From: Chloroflexota bacterium | GTDB taxonomy: Bacteria; Chloroflexota; Anaerolineae; SpSt-313 | Length of the DNA stretch: 32,000 nucleotides | Assembly (NCBI GenBank): GCA_029553955.1 | Contig: JAKPJZ010000100.1 | Span: 21,437-53,436, forward strand | Direction: 5' to 3' | In this document: positions 30,555 through 32,000 of the stretch, piece after piece | Layout of the letters: each line of letters starts with the position of its first letter | How positions within the stretch are numbered: position 1 is the stretch's first letter | Notes under the pieces: model-generated | Told to the model about the DNA's origin: nothing | The model's database searches: none | Seen by the model: the letters and a program-made list of their open reading frames with translations, nothing else | Translations under genes and position numbers: made by a program

Positions 30555-32000
30555 ATGGCTGCCCATGGCGATACCCGGGACTCTGGCTCAGCCGCATCGA
30601 TGGCTGCTCCTGGCCTCGAAGCGTACGGCATGCATCCGCTGTCTCATGGACAGCGAGCGCTCTGGTTCCTGCACCAGTTGGCTCCAGGGAGTGCTGCCTA
30701 CAACATTGTGCGCGCCGTGCGCATCGTGTCGGACCTCGATGTGCCGGCGCTGGCGCGTGCGTTCCAGAGGCTGGTCGACCGCCACGCGGCGCTGCGCACC
30801 ACCTTTACGGCGCGCGAGGGGCAGCCCCTCCAGCATGTGCACGAGCACATGGACGCCTGCTTCCAGGTGCGTGACGCCTCCGGCTGGAGTCGCGGCGCGT
30901 TGAACGAGCGCCTCGCTGAGGAGAGCGTCTGTCCCTTTGACCTGGAGCGCGGGCCGCTGATGCGTGTGACCCTGTTCGAGGGCGCGGCGGCGGGGCCGGT
31001 GCTCCTGGTGGCGCTGCACCACATTATCACCGACCTCTGGTCGCAGGCCATCCTCTCGTTTGAGCTCGGTGCGCTGTACACCGAGGAGAGCGGTGGGCCC
31101 GCCGCGCCACTGAAGCCCCTCGCCATGCAGTACACCGACCATGTGCGGGCGCAGGCCGAGCTGCTGGCCGGCCCAGAGGGCGAGGCGCTGCGCTGGTACT
31201 GGCTGGAGCAGCTCAGCGGCGACCTGCCGGCCCTGGGCCTGTGCACCGATCGGCCGCGGCCGCCACGGCAGACCTACCGAGGCGCCAGCGCCTCGCTCAG
31301 GCTGAGCGACGGTCTGGCGCAAGGGCTCAGGGCGCTCAGCCAGGCCCACGGGGCGACTCTCTATGCGACCCTGCTGGCAGCTTTCCAGGTGCTGCTGCAT
31401 CGCTACACCGGCCAGGAGGATATCCTGGTGGGCTCGCCGACGGCCGGGCGCAGGCCTAGGCTGGCGGGGGTGGTGGGCTACTTTGTCAACCCCATCGTCC
31501 TGCGCGCGGACCTCGGCGGCGACCCGACCTTTGCCGACTTCCTGCGGCAGGTGCAGGCGACGTCACAGGCCGGCCTCGACCGCGCGGGCTATCCCTTTCC
31601 CCTGCTCGTCGAGCAATTGCAGCCGGTGCGCGACCCCAGCCGCTCGCCGCTCTTCCAGGCCATGTTCGCCTGGGAAAAGACCTCGCGGCTGTTCGCCGGC
31701 GCGCGCTTTGCGCCCTTTGCCCTGGGCGAGTCGGGCGGGCGCGTCAACGCCGGCCGCTTGGCCATGGAATCGTTGGCGCTCGAACAGCGCATTGCCCAGT
31801 TCGACCTGACGCTGGCGATGGCCGAGGATGACGCCGAGCTGGCGGCCTCGCTCGAGTACAACACCGACCTCTACGATGCGGCGACTATCGAGCGCCTGCT
31901 GGGCCACTTCCAGGCGCTGCTCGAGGGGGTGGTGGCCGGTCCCGACCGGTCGCTGTCGGTGCTGCCGCTGTTGAGTGAGGCCGAGCGGCGGCAGGTGCTC
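30555..32000 (+). CDS. non-ribosomal peptide synthetase, N-terminal condensation domain (partial, continues past the window end)
   Basis: My own translation is open from at least 30540 to 32000: ...MHPLSHGQRALWFLHQLAPGSAAYNIV...LLVALHHIITDLWS (HHxxxD core)...YTGQEDILVGSPTAGR...VGYFVNP...QFDLTL...EYNTDLYD...LSEAERRQVL. This ORF is not in the supplied track because it has no stop. Possible starts are ATG 30555 (GGAG 7 nt upstream), 30600 or 30630. Confidence 0.9.
   Translation, partial: MAAHGDTRDSGSAASMAAPGLEAYGMHPLSHGQRALWFLHQLAPGSAAYNIVRAVRIVSDLDVPALARAFQRLVDRHAALRTTFTAREGQPLQHVHEHMDACFQVRDASGWSRGALNERLAEESVCPFDLERGPLMRVTLFEGAAAGPVLLVALHHIITDLWSQAILSFELGALYTEESGGPAAPLKPLAMQYTDHVRAQAELLAGPEGEALRWYWLEQLSGDLPALGLCTDRPRPPRQTYRGASASLRLSDGLAQGLRALSQAHGATLYATLLAAFQVLLHRYTGQEDILVGSPTAGRRPRLAGVVGYFVNPIVLRADLGGDPTFADFLRQVQATSQAGLDRAGYPFPLLVEQLQPVRDPSRSPLFQAMFAWEKTSRLFAGARFAPFALGESGGRVNAGRLAMESLALEQRIAQFDLTLAMAEDDAELAASLEYNTDLYDAATIERLLGHFQALLEGVVAGPDRSLSVLPLLSEAERRQVL

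Noticed and set aside
1-32000. tRNA, rRNA or integrase/transposase genes that would mark a classical genomic island.
   Set aside because: No T-arm/anticodon-arm-like cloverleaf candidates, rRNA-like segments or recombinase motifs were noticed in any frame. The absence is based on visual inspection only.

Overview
Very GC-rich bacterial chromosomal DNA (about two-thirds G+C or more, judged by eye). I found no rRNA, tRNA or CRISPR array. Organism cannot be determined from this window. The window has five parts. (1) 0.5-8.4 kb: an operon of two NifX-type cofactor-binding proteins, two MinD-like ATPases with inserted 2x[4Fe-4S] ferredoxin domains, a Gly/Arg-rich zinc-ribbon miniprotein, a MOSC protein and a radical-SAM enzyme. 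An ABC-2 exporter follows, and a PadR-DUF5320-DUF5320 operon converges on it. (2) 8.5-10.2 kb: gene fragments only. These are a DUF4418 gene with an in-frame TGA, a frameshifted and truncated FtsX-like permease, an NRPS adenylation-domain piece and an alpha/beta-hydrolase 5' stub. (3) 10.2-17.6 kb: metal homeostasis. An ICMT-like methyltransferase is followed by a DtxR::FeoA-FeoB-FeoC ferrous-iron operon with tandem palindromic operators, divergent from a CbiM(PDGLE)-CbiQ-CbiO ECF Co/Ni transporter. (4) 17.8-29 kb: a repeat-riddled accessory island and the best candidate for an undescribed system. It holds a disrupted SNF2 helicase translationally coupled to a large Zn-ribbon/coiled-coil protein, a stand-alone RyR-domain protein with its own promoter and hairpin, a 10-codon TIR-type gene start cut off by a repeat array, a 1104-aa DUF4062/P-loop STAND NTPase with 48-aa repeats, and a 2TM/Rossmann/RyRx2 membrane protein. 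(5) 29.7-32 kb: a secreted hypothetical protein and the start of an NRPS (condensation domain) that runs off the window. Intergenic DNA carries an unusual density of long, nearly perfect palindromes with 18-52-nt arms, plus one MITE-like element. Several apparent frameshifts fall in G/C homopolymers, so some 'pseudogenes' may be assembly errors. All family assignments come from recognising motifs in the translations; no searches were run.
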